The notes below the pieces were generated by a model. That model searched no databases and was not told where the DNA came from. It was given only the letters and a program-made list of their open reading frames with translations. A stretch of DNA of 64,000 bases from positions 1-64,000 of IMG/VR virus record IMGVR_UViG_3300042907_000878; one strand, written 5' to 3'. This document shows, in pieces, positions 42,982 through 51,745 of this stretch. The translations under genes and the position numbers were made by a program. Within the stretch, counting starts at the first letter, position 1. Each line of letters begins with the position of its first letter. This DNA is from a virus.

Positions 42982-43733
42982 AATATTTCCTTTAGCTTTT
43001 CAAGAATAACTTTAGCTTCACGATCATATCCAAGATTTTTTACTACTGATGAGAGTGTATGGAAATTCGTGGAACCGCTTAAAATGCTCTCCTTCGCCTC
43101 TTTGATGTTAATGGTGTAATCTGTCTCGATTTCATTCCGAGCGTCACAGAGGCTTGTTATGGGCCAGCAATCGCATAGATAACAGTTTATACGGTTTTTC
43201 ATATCTACAATCGCGTAGGCTGAAGAGTTTAAAGCAGATGCTTTTAGCTGATCTGGTAAAACCCCGCAATAGTTATTGTGATTAATAATTCTTTTATCAG
43301 AAAAGATTTTATATCGCAAAGATGGTTTAAAATAAAAGGACTCGATATTTTCGATAAAGTCCTCTTCAATACAAACTAGATCACTTTTTAAAAAATCTAA
43401 TTTTGATTTTTTATAATATTTAATCACATCTGCATGAGCTGCATCATCAATAAGTAAAAATGAATTCCCAATTCTTTTGTTTAAATTAGAAATAGCTTCA
43501 TTATCTGATTCCTGTGACCTAACAAAACACGTTTTTAGAGCTGGCCTTTCTTCAATGTTTCTAATGATCGATTCGCTTATATTCCCTAGACTCCCGATAT
43601 ATATATCTGGATTTACAATATCGAATGAATCGTAAACAGGCATTAATTTTGGATCTAACAAACTAGCTGAAAACCCAGAAAAAACTCCGGGCGTTGCGTA
43701 ACTAACAATATTGCTATCTACTAGAATTTTCAT
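42978..43733 (-). CDS. Hypothetical protein, degenerate glycosyltransferase-like
   Basis: PVYDSFDIVNPDIYIG; coupled in operon. Confidence 0.4.
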   Translation of the reverse strand: MKILVDSNIVSYATPGVFSGFSASLLDPKLMPVYDSFDIVNPDIYIGSLGNISESIIRNIEERPALKTCFVRSQESDNEAISNLNKRIGNSFLLIDDAAHADVIKYYKKSKLDFLKSDLVCIEEDFIENIESFYFKPSLRYKIFSDKRIINHNNYCGVLPDQLKASALNSSAYAIVDMKNRINCYLCDCWPITSLCDARNEIETDYTINIKEAKESILSGSTNFHTLSSVVKNLGYDREAKVILEKLKEIL

Positions 43734-44427
43734 TATTTATATCCTTTAAGCTATCTATCTCTTTTATAAAATTATTTTCAATATCTATACATTCAAATTC
43801 AGATCCAAATTCAATCATCTTATTAATAATTTCAAAAGTTAGCAAATGTCTAGTATCGAAATCACTTCTGACCAACAACCTTCGTAATAAATTTGTGTCA
43901 TTTGTATTTAAATATGCTATTTGACACCATTTCATTGGCAAGTTATAAGAAAGCATTGTAGCTTTACCATCAACAATAGTTATCCCAACTTCTTTTTCTT
44001 CAATTCTGTTAGCTTTATCAAATAGTAATGCAGATTTATCCATGTCAATCTTATCAAATATTTTACTCGAAAAAACTAAATCCCCGTGAAGGAATAATAT
44101 ATTATCTTGCATTGTATTGTTTACGGCTAATCTTAAGCTCTCACCACTATTGCTATCTTCGTGGACTTGATTTTCAACAAATCTGGCGGTTTTTCCTATT
44201 TTCTTTACAATTTTATGACCTTCTACCCCGCCTACCACTGTTATTTCTGATTTTGTAAATCTGTTTTGGACAATTTCCATTTGCAAATCTAAAATGATTT
44301 TTCCGTCATATTTTAACAAGCATCTTGGTTCATAAGATCTTGTTCTAGCTCCAGCGCCAGCGGCAAGTATGATAACTTGGACTGGCAACTGGGCCTTATT
44401 TTTAATTTTACGAGTAAATCTATTCAT
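43714..44427 (-). CDS. Sugar/choline-phosphate nucleotidyltransferase (NTP_transferase, LicC-like)
   Basis: VIILAAGAGAR...PRCLL, HGDLVF, EIDSLKD; ATG at 44427 overlaps the upstream stop. Confidence 0.75.
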   Translation of the reverse strand: MNRFTRKIKNKAQLPVQVIILAAGAGARTRSYEPRCLLKYDGKIILDLQMEIVQNRFTKSEITVVGGVEGHKIVKKIGKTARFVENQVHEDSNSGESLRLAVNNTMQDNILFLHGDLVFSSKIFDKIDMDKSALLFDKANRIEEKEVGITIVDGKATMLSYNLPMKWCQIAYLNTNDTNLLRRLLVRSDFDTRHLLTFEIINKMIEFGSEFECIDIENNFIKEIDSLKDINNENSSR

Positions 44428-45026
44428 ATTACATAAAGTTCTTCTGGAATATGGCAAATAATTGAAACGCTAAATAGATCCATTACAAAATCAAAGCTAT
44501 TGATCTTAAATAAATTTTCTAATAATAGAGTTTTTCTCACTGCAAATTCTTTGATATTGATTTGTGAAGACAGCATTGGTTGAATGTATTGCAAGTGTAC
44601 CGGGTGGCCATCTGAGATGTAATCAGAGTATACCAATCCAATTGAACTATCATTAAATTTCTCTATCACTCTTTCAATATAATTTTTACTATAAATAGAT
44701 CCTGAAGTTGCAGTAAATACAATCTCGGTATCTTCGGGTAAAATTGATTTTGCATAGTTCATTATATCAACATTGCTGGCCGTATTTTTTTCAACAACAA
44801 TAAAATTATTTTTAGTAGAAATTGTATAGCCCTGATCTTCTCGCGACACAGTTGTTTGTCCACAACAATTGCCACTTAATGATTTAGAAATACTTTGGTT
44901 TGCATCGCTTGTGTTTGAATTAACCAATATAATATAATTATCTGGCTTTACAGAATTTTCTTCTAGGCTAACAATTGTTTTTGCAAGGTATGGTTTTTCT
45001 GCCAATATTAAAAATGCTATTTTCAT
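44424..45026 (-). CDS. Glycosyltransferase family 2-like (GT-A), apparently degenerate
   Basis: YLAKTIVSL...; YIERVIEKFNDSSIGLVYSDY; HIPEELY; DxD motif missing. Confidence 0.5.
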   Translation of the reverse strand: MKIAFLILAEKPYLAKTIVSLEENSVKPDNYIILVNSNTSDANQSISKSLSGNCCGQTTVSREDQGYTISTKNNFIVVEKNTASNVDIMNYAKSILPEDTEIVFTATSGSIYSKNYIERVIEKFNDSSIGLVYSDYISDGHPVHLQYIQPMLSSQINIKEFAVRKTLLLENLFKINSFDFVMDLFSVSIICHIPEELYVI

Positions 45027-45730
45027 AAATCACCCCATTTAACTATCATGTTTGGATCTTTTTCATACACCTTGTGGGCAAATGATTTTGTATAATAAGC
45101 TTTTTCTTCTTCATTTAATTCGGGTTTGTTGCCGTTCAAGTACTTATATATAAAATTAAAGTAACAAATACCATTAATTTCTATATCATCTGGGTTATCG
45201 CTATTTTTTAATATGGCAGCTTTTCTTCCATCTTTAAGAATAAACCACTCTAATTTATCTTTAGCTTCTGCGTCAAAATCTTGTCCTACTATATTTACTA
45301 GAGTCCAACCATTTTTATACACTTTTATAAATTGGTCAAGTTTGTAAATATCGTCTAATTGTCCATAGTTTGCAATAATGTCGTATTTACAGTTGGCAGA
45401 TTCAAGAATTTTTATTACCTGATAGTTTTTAGTTGGATCATTTGTACTAACTCCAATCCATAATGGATTACTGTCTTTTATTGCTAGTATATTAGATTCC
45501 AAAACTGGCAAGTCTTTAAAATCCTTTAATATGAATAGATATCCCAATTTGATATCTACATCTTCTGGAGTTTTATTTTTAACTAAACAAGTTCTATCTA
45601 AAATATAGAATTTGTCAAACTTTTGAGCGTTTAACATGCCTAATAAATTAAAAGCGCAGCCAGATTGTTCGGTTTCTACGATTGCGTGAACGCAACCCTC
45701 GCATGTTAAAGGTGATTCAGTTTTATCCAT
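45023..45730 (-). CDS. Hypothetical protein with N-terminal Cys cluster, in glyco cluster
   Basis: CEGC...C...C; coupled in operon. Confidence 0.45.
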   Translation of the reverse strand: MDKTESPLTCEGCVHAIVETEQSGCAFNLLGMLNAQKFDKFYILDRTCLVKNKTPEDVDIKLGYLFILKDFKDLPVLESNILAIKDSNPLWIGVSTNDPTKNYQVIKILESANCKYDIIANYGQLDDIYKLDQFIKVYKNGWTLVNIVGQDFDAEAKDKLEWFILKDGRKAAILKNSDNPDDIEINGICYFNFIYKYLNGNKPELNEEEKAYYTKSFAHKVYEKDPNMIVKWGDL

Positions 45731-46142
45731 TGCGTTTGAACTCCGCATCAAATTCGATATTTTGAATGTTCATAGATTGTAAACTTAATTTTGGATATTG
45801 CTGGGTAATTTCTTTTAATAAATCTACACTAAGGAATGATCTAATTTCCGAAGGGGCAAATATCGCTTGATTTAGACTTGCTAAATTTTTAGATTTGCCA
45901 TAAACGTAAACGAGAAGATCAAAATCGATATCTACGATTTTTAATATTCCCCCAATCCTTAGTTTTTTATATGCTAATGCAATTGTTTGTGCAACTTGAT
46001 CGATGGGTAATTTTCTTAAAACCCCATCCAGAACAATTGCCGTGCATTCGGAATCTTCTGCAATATAATTCATAATCTGAGGTTCGCTAATATTTTTATA
46101 CGAACCGTTGTCAACAGCTCTACTACCAATATAAATTTTCAT
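45723..46142 (-). CDS. SAM-dependent methyltransferase-like protein, short/degenerate
   Basis: YKKLRIGGILKIVDIDFD resembles the L(K/R)PGG.L.I..PD motif of class I MTases. Confidence 0.5.
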   Translation of the reverse strand: MKIYIGSRAVDNGSYKNISEPQIMNYIAEDSECTAIVLDGVLRKLPIDQVAQTIALAYKKLRIGGILKIVDIDFDLLVYVYGKSKNLASLNQAIFAPSEIRSFLSVDLLKEITQQYPKLSLQSMNIQNIEFDAEFKRNG

Positions 46143-47218
46143 ATCAATCCTTTCAAAATATCACTATTTCTGTAATCGTAGTATTTCATTTCCTCGACCT
46201 TTGCTTTTTTATTAGCAAGGTAATATTCTCTATTGTTTATAAAAGAATCGTATATTCCTCTCATTTTTTTCTGTAAGTGAAGTATGCTTGGCTCTAGCCA
46301 AAAATCTTCGCACGTATAAAGTCCTTCAATTGTATCAAGAACTCCGTAGCACCCTTCATGCATCGAAGGTATGGCATTTGATTCCTTTGAGTATTCTTCG
46401 ACGCCTGTTCCGGCAGTATAAATGACTGGCATTCCCATAGCGGAAGCTTCCATCGCTGGATAACACCAAGCGTCACCATAGCTTGGATTAACAAAACAAT
46501 GACATTGTATCATAGTTGACCACAGTATTTGGTCTGGCATATATGAATTAACGATTACTTCCTTTTTATATTTGCCATTTTTACGAAGTCTTTGCTTTAT
46601 TGCTTCGCAAAATTCTTCTACAACTTTTAGATCCTTTTCAACTTTGATATATAAACTTACTGGTTCTATGTATTCGAACTCAGCATGAAAAGCGCGAAGT
46701 AATCCTTCAAGATTTTTCTGTTTTGCAAATTCTCCAACGAACATAAAATTAAATGTATTATTTAATTCCATGATCTCTGCCGCTTTATTTAAATTAACTA
46801 TTTTATCGTAATTAAATAAGTGCGGAAAAATATCAATTGGAACTTTTATTCCAGAGTTTATTAGCGATTGTTTTGAAGCTTTATTTGGAACAAAAATTTG
46901 ATCCATCATAGACAATTTTTTAATCCAAAATGTATTTGATAAATTCAATGTATCAATTTCAAATACGCCTATATTCTTAGCGCTTGGATAATATTTGTAT
47001 TCGCTAGGAAGAACGTGTTGCATTATTATATCAAACTGATCAGATTTTTTATCTAATAGTTGACTGATTCTATCTTCTAATACAATGGAGACATTGTTAT
47101 ACTTAAGCTCTTCGCAATAAACATCGTATCCGGCATGGTCTAAAGCTAAAGCTTTGTATGTCGCAGCTTTAGCCCAGCCAGTACCATCGTTAAAATTTGC
47201 AATGTATTTTATTTTCAT
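46139..47218 (-). CDS. Glycosyltransferase, GT-B fold (family 4-like)
   Basis: GTGWAKA; FMFVGEF..KNLEGLL; FVNPSYGDAWCYPAMEASAMGMPVI. Confidence 0.85.
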   Translation of the reverse strand: MKIKYIANFNDGTGWAKAATYKALALDHAGYDVYCEELKYNNVSIVLEDRISQLLDKKSDQFDIIMQHVLPSEYKYYPSAKNIGVFEIDTLNLSNTFWIKKLSMMDQIFVPNKASKQSLINSGIKVPIDIFPHLFNYDKIVNLNKAAEIMELNNTFNFMFVGEFAKQKNLEGLLRAFHAEFEYIEPVSLYIKVEKDLKVVEEFCEAIKQRLRKNGKYKKEVIVNSYMPDQILWSTMIQCHCFVNPSYGDAWCYPAMEASAMGMPVIYTAGTGVEEYSKESNAIPSMHEGCYGVLDTIEGLYTCEDFWLEPSILHLQKKMRGIYDSFINNREYYLANKKAKVEEMKYYDYRNSDILKGLI

Positions 47219-48867
47219 TTATTAGTACCTATTTTTTGAATTCTCATTTGTTCCCATTGATTAAAAGCGTTTCTCATATATAAGCAGATATTAAAAGCTT
47301 TCTCAATATTAAATTCTTCGAATCTCTTTTCCACGTCTGGATGAGAGTAGTCATTATAATAATATCCGGGAATATTTAATGACATTGAAGCACGATATGT
47401 CATGTCTTTTATCATTCTTCTCCACATTGACTTGTTAATTAGATCTGGCATTCCTAAAACATTCGTAAACAACCAATTCACTTGGTCAGTTACTGGGATT
47501 TGGTTTATGTCTTGAGGTAATGACTGATGGGGATTAAAGAATCTAGGTGGTGATTTCCAAGTTCTTGAATGGTCTAAAGTTGGCGTTTCTAAAAAATACT
47601 TTAACCATTTATTTGCTGTATAGTCCCAATTGTAAATTTTTCTGGCGTTGGCATGGCATCGATTTGCTACGTCATCTCTAAAGGATTTATCATTTGCAAG
47701 TTTGCCTAATATCTTAGCCAATTCATTGTTATCAGGAACCGCTCTAAAGCAACCTGTTTCAAGTTCTTTATAATAACTAATAGGATCGACTGGAATACCT
47801 TCTATGCTTGCCACTAATGATTCCATCGCTGAATAGTTAATGGACACAACTGGTAATCCCGCATATGCAGCTTCTAGCTGAGGCATACCCCAACCTTCCG
47901 AATTTGCCCATTGGATATACACATCAAATATATTGTATATTTTATTCAAATCAGTATCGGCCATCTTATTAGATACGCCAACAATTGTAGATGAAAATAT
48001 TTTACAATCATTGCAAAATTTAACAGCCTCATTAAAGAATGAAACAGTAATCTTACCGCAGTTCTTACACTTATAAGTAATTAATACTTTATTGCTAAGA
48101 TTTGACTCTTTAATAAGATCTGGTATGTCCCAGCCAACATCTGGAAATCCTGTGTGGCAATACAAATAACAATTAGTTAATGATGGGTTATCATCTAGAA
48201 ATTTTCTAAACGCTTTAAATAAATCTGGATATAGTTTACGTCTTTGATTACGCATAACTGTTCCAAATATAATTGCGTTTTTATCTAGTCCAAACTCTTC
48301 TCTAAGCGATTTCTTATCTTCTATTTTAAAGAAGGTTTCGCTAGCACAAGGAGATGCGATGTCTACAAATTTAATGTTATTGGTTTGAGCTAGCATTGTA
48401 TCTCTACCAAACTCAGAATATGCAAAAACACCATCAGCAGATGAGTAAGTGTCGATCCATTGACTGTTTTGTGGTTCCGCATCAACTGTTGGCATGATCG
48501 CCCAATTAAAAAATTCTCTAAAAGGAGACCTTTCTTCAAATTCTAGCATCCACCAATCACGAATATCCATAACGAAATCTGGCTCAAAGTCTAATAAAAC
48601 GCTATTAAAAGCAAAGTCACCAAATTTATTCGACATTGACGAGTTATAATTATTCATCGCCTCTTGATTGGTTGCATCTGGAATATTTGGATATACTTTC
48701 CAAGGTATATTCTTTAGTTCTTCTGGTTCAGGACCAGTAAAACATGCCAATTCAGCAACTTCAATCTCTGGATTTTTATACAATCTACTAAGAACTTCTT
48801 TTGTATAAACCGAATAGCCAGTGGGGTGAAAGCTGGCTTCAGTCACAAATAAAACTTTTTTCTTCAT
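47215..48867 (-). CDS. Glycosyltransferase, GT-B fold (family 4-like), with Zn-ribbon insert
   Basis: TGYS; RNQRRKLYPDL; SEGWGMPQLEAAYAGLPVV; CKNC...CNDC. Confidence 0.85.
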   Translation of the reverse strand: MKKKVLFVTEASFHPTGYSVYTKEVLSRLYKNPEIEVAELACFTGPEPEELKNIPWKVYPNIPDATNQEAMNNYNSSMSNKFGDFAFNSVLLDFEPDFVMDIRDWWMLEFEERSPFREFFNWAIMPTVDAEPQNSQWIDTYSSADGVFAYSEFGRDTMLAQTNNIKFVDIASPCASETFFKIEDKKSLREEFGLDKNAIIFGTVMRNQRRKLYPDLFKAFRKFLDDNPSLTNCYLYCHTGFPDVGWDIPDLIKESNLSNKVLITYKCKNCGKITVSFFNEAVKFCNDCKIFSSTIVGVSNKMADTDLNKIYNIFDVYIQWANSEGWGMPQLEAAYAGLPVVSINYSAMESLVASIEGIPVDPISYYKELETGCFRAVPDNNELAKILGKLANDKSFRDDVANRCHANARKIYNWDYTANKWLKYFLETPTLDHSRTWKSPPRFFNPHQSLPQDINQIPVTDQVNWLFTNVLGMPDLINKSMWRRMIKDMTYRASMSLNIPGYYYNDYSHPDVEKRFEEFNIEKAFNICLYMRNAFNQWEQMRIQKIGTNK

Positions 48868-48871
48868 GTTA

Positions 48872-49210
48872 TCAATTTTCCAATCGTTCGGTAGTTTTAC
48901 ATCCTATGGACTTAAATGTTTTAACTCTAAAAACAATTTTTTGTCTTTTTTGATCCCCAGAATTCCACTTATGCTGGCGAGCCTCTGCTTCAATCGCTAA
49001 AAGTTCGCCCTTTTTAAAGTGTTTTGCAATTGTAGTAGCACCAGTATCCCAAGCTTCAAAATCTAAATAATCCACTCTGCGATGTTTTTCGCCTTCTTTG
49101 TCTTTTCTGTAATCCTCTACAGCTAAGGAAAAGTTGACAACATACGTATTATTAGTTTCTTTAAGTTCAGGATCAGCAACTAATTTACCAACAAAGCAAC
49201 AAATATTCAT
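48872..49210 (-). CDS. ssb: Single-stranded DNA-binding protein (no acidic tail)
   Basis: MNICCFVGKLVADPELK...NFSLAV...DFEAW...FKKG. Confidence 0.9.
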   Translation of the reverse strand: MNICCFVGKLVADPELKETNNTYVVNFSLAVEDYRKDKEGEKHRRVDYLDFEAWDTGATTIAKHFKKGELLAIEAEARQHKWNSGDQKRQKIVFRVKTFKSIGCKTTERLEN

Positions 49211-49223
49211 CTAGTTCTCCCAA

Positions 49224-50816
49224 TTATATCTGAGTCACAATTTTAACAATAAAAGAAAGATCATTTTCCTTTTGTTTGATCTCTCCATATAATAGTACCG
49301 TATTGCCTTCAAAAAGCAACTTCTTGTATCGAGAAAATTCTTCAGAAAAAACCGTAATAGAATCAAGTTCACCTGAGCTATCTTCGGCAATTACAAATGC
49401 CATAAATTCGCCCTCATGCTGACCTCTTTTAAGTTTATATTCTCTAACTTGATTTATCTTCACTGCTAATTTGGCATCTTGCATTTTTTTAACTTCACCA
49501 TTAGCAATTTCTTTGCATGTGACATTTACATCATCCAAAGCAAGGTTGTCTGACTGTGAACAAGTCAAAGAACATCCCATAAGCTTCTGTTCAATATCTG
49601 CAATCCACACATAATCATCCTCAAGTGAATAAGGTGGATCTTGCAAAGCTTGATAGATATCTAACACAGAAGTAATCCTGCGAGAATTAATCTTATCGTT
49701 GTTGTTAATCATGAGATTAACTAAATCAATAAATGGAGAATTAGACATTCTGGAGCTTTTCCAATGAGATATGATCCACCCTTGCTCTTTGATAGTCAGC
49801 TTATTCCAAATATCAAATTCAAAGACCATTCTATTCCTGTTTAGCTTATTGTTCTTTCCCGTTAAGCCACCAACACTAATAATAGAAATAAATGCATTCT
49901 TCTTGATCTCATTACCAATAAGAAATAAGCACTCCAACCAGTTAAACTCTTTAATTGATTTACCAGTGATATCCTCAGCTTCTTGCACAACTCTAGCTAG
50001 TGTTTCTTGCTCACCCTCTCCAACATTCTTGACATCGCTATATCCAAAGTATATGACGTTCTTAGCTCTATCCATTGTAAAGCGACGATAGAAGAAGTCA
50101 AGTCTAGGAGGAAGAACTTCAATTCCTTGAAGTTTAGCGTCCATAATCAACTCCTTAATCTCTCGCTGCTTATCTGGTTTACTAGATGCATTATTTAGAT
50201 ATACAGTATAGAACTTAATTGGATCGTGTGTTTTACAATAAGCTGAAGCAAATGAATTGATAGCATATGCAACAGCGTGAGATTTATTAAATGAATAGCG
50301 AGCAGATGCCGCAATCCATTCAAAAATCTTAGCTGCTGACACGTCATCTACTAATCCTTTAGTCTTAGACCCATTGATAAACTTCTCTTCAACTTCTTTC
50401 ATAAGTGCCGCATCTTTTTTACCCATAGCTTTTCTTAGTGAGTCAGCTTCTTCGGGTGTAAATCCAGCAATTTCTGTGGCAATACGCATAGCTTGCTCTT
50501 GATAAACGATAATTCCATAAGTTTTACCCAGCACTGTTTCCAATGCTGGGTGTAAATATTTGGTTTCGTCAATCTTAGCTTTGCGATCTGTGTAGTGCTT
50601 GGTCATAGATTTGCCGTCTAATTCGGCCTCTAACGTACCGGGGCGAATAATGGATACCAAGTCAGCTAACTCGTCAATAGAGCGAGGCTGCGCCCTTTTT
50701 GCCCAACTGGAACCCAATCTGGACTCCAATTGAAAAACTCCCTTGGTTCTTCCGCTGCAAATCAGATCCCAAGTCGCTTCGTCGTCAAAATTTTTGATAT
50801 CTTCAATATGAACCAT
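49224..50816 (-). CDS. dnaE: DNA polymerase III alpha, C-terminal half (fingers, HhH, OB fold)
   Basis: GVFQLES, IIRPG, TYGIIVYQEQAM, LRKAMGKK, YSFNKSHAVAYA, MAFVIAED; own RBS GAGGA. Confidence 0.92.
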   Translation of the reverse strand: MVHIEDIKNFDDEATWDLICSGRTKGVFQLESRLGSSWAKRAQPRSIDELADLVSIIRPGTLEAELDGKSMTKHYTDRKAKIDETKYLHPALETVLGKTYGIIVYQEQAMRIATEIAGFTPEEADSLRKAMGKKDAALMKEVEEKFINGSKTKGLVDDVSAAKIFEWIAASARYSFNKSHAVAYAINSFASAYCKTHDPIKFYTVYLNNASSKPDKQREIKELIMDAKLQGIEVLPPRLDFFYRRFTMDRAKNVIYFGYSDVKNVGEGEQETLARVVQEAEDITGKSIKEFNWLECLFLIGNEIKKNAFISIISVGGLTGKNNKLNRNRMVFEFDIWNKLTIKEQGWIISHWKSSRMSNSPFIDLVNLMINNNDKINSRRITSVLDIYQALQDPPYSLEDDYVWIADIEQKLMGCSLTCSQSDNLALDDVNVTCKEIANGEVKKMQDAKLAVKINQVREYKLKRGQHEGEFMAFVIAEDSSGELDSITVFSEEFSRYKKLLFEGNTVLLYGEIKQKENDLSFIVKIVTQI

Positions 50817-50825
50817 TAGTTCCTC

Positions 50826-51533
50826 TTATATAGTAATATCCATAGGAGTATCTGCAAATGACTTCTCAAAATTAGTCTTAGAATTTAACTTACGCTGATA
50901 CTTCATAAATCTGACAAAGATATTTGCAGTGTCAACAACATCATAAATGGCATTGTGGGCATTTGCTTTACTCTCTTCGGGAAACCCAAAGAACTCTCTA
51001 AGATATCCCATGTTTAATTTCTTAACTGAGTCGTTATCTTCAAACCATCCAAACAATACATCCATCATGTCTACTTTATAAATTTGATGGACTAACTTTT
51101 GCTTTCCGGTTTTTTCTTCAGATGGTCCATACATTTGACAATACCTATTTAAGATTGGCATATCGTAGTTATTGATATTAAATCCTACAGGAATTGGGGC
51201 AAAGTATGGAGACCCCTTCATATTAAACTTAGTTACAAAGTTAGAGAACTGCTGCCAAGCAACTTTAGGCCCAACAGCTTTTTCCAATTGTTCGCGGGTT
51301 TTACGTGTTACATCAAGAGCTTCTTGTTCAACAGGATCAAATCCCGCTTTAATAGCTTTTTCATCATCAAACTCAGGTCGCACTTCAATGTCAAACACTC
51401 CACCCGGCTGAAGTGTTAACTTCTTACCATGCAATACGATTGCTGATATTTGAGTTAGCTGACACTTATTAGGGTTTTTACCTGTAGTCTCAAAATCGAA
51501 CACTAAAAAATCACGATTGCTGTTTAGTGACAT
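50826..51533 (-). CDS. DEDDh 3'-5' exonuclease (DnaQ/epsilon-like)
   Basis: VFDFETTG, GFNINNYD, AHNAIYDV. Confidence 0.88.
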   Translation of the reverse strand: MSLNSNRDFLVFDFETTGKNPNKCQLTQISAIVLHGKKLTLQPGGVFDIEVRPEFDDEKAIKAGFDPVEQEALDVTRKTREQLEKAVGPKVAWQQFSNFVTKFNMKGSPYFAPIPVGFNINNYDMPILNRYCQMYGPSEEKTGKQKLVHQIYKVDMMDVLFGWFEDNDSVKKLNMGYLREFFGFPEESKANAHNAIYDVVDTANIFVRFMKYQRKLNSKTNFEKSFADTPMDITI

Positions 51534-51744
51534 AGGTTTTTCTCAATTCTAAAAATTTATCAATAGCTTCATTTAGGTCGTAAAATATTTGTGAATACTT
51601 ATTATTATGGACTTGGTATATTCCATTCTTCTTCTCTCTGTACCAAGGAACATGATTTCTTAGATCGGATAAGCTCAAATCTTTAAAGTCAATGTCATTA
51701 CCATCCCTGATAACAGTTGCGTAGTCTAGAAATTTTTCCTTCAT
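51511..51744 (-). CDS. Small hypothetical protein
   Basis: 77 aa, packed between dnaE-N and the exonuclease. Confidence 0.55.
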   Translation of the reverse strand: MKEKFLDYATVIRDGNDIDFKDLSLSDLRNHVPWYREKKNGIYQVHNNKYSQIFYDLNEAIDKFLELRKTYVTKQQS

Positions 51745-51745
51745 G

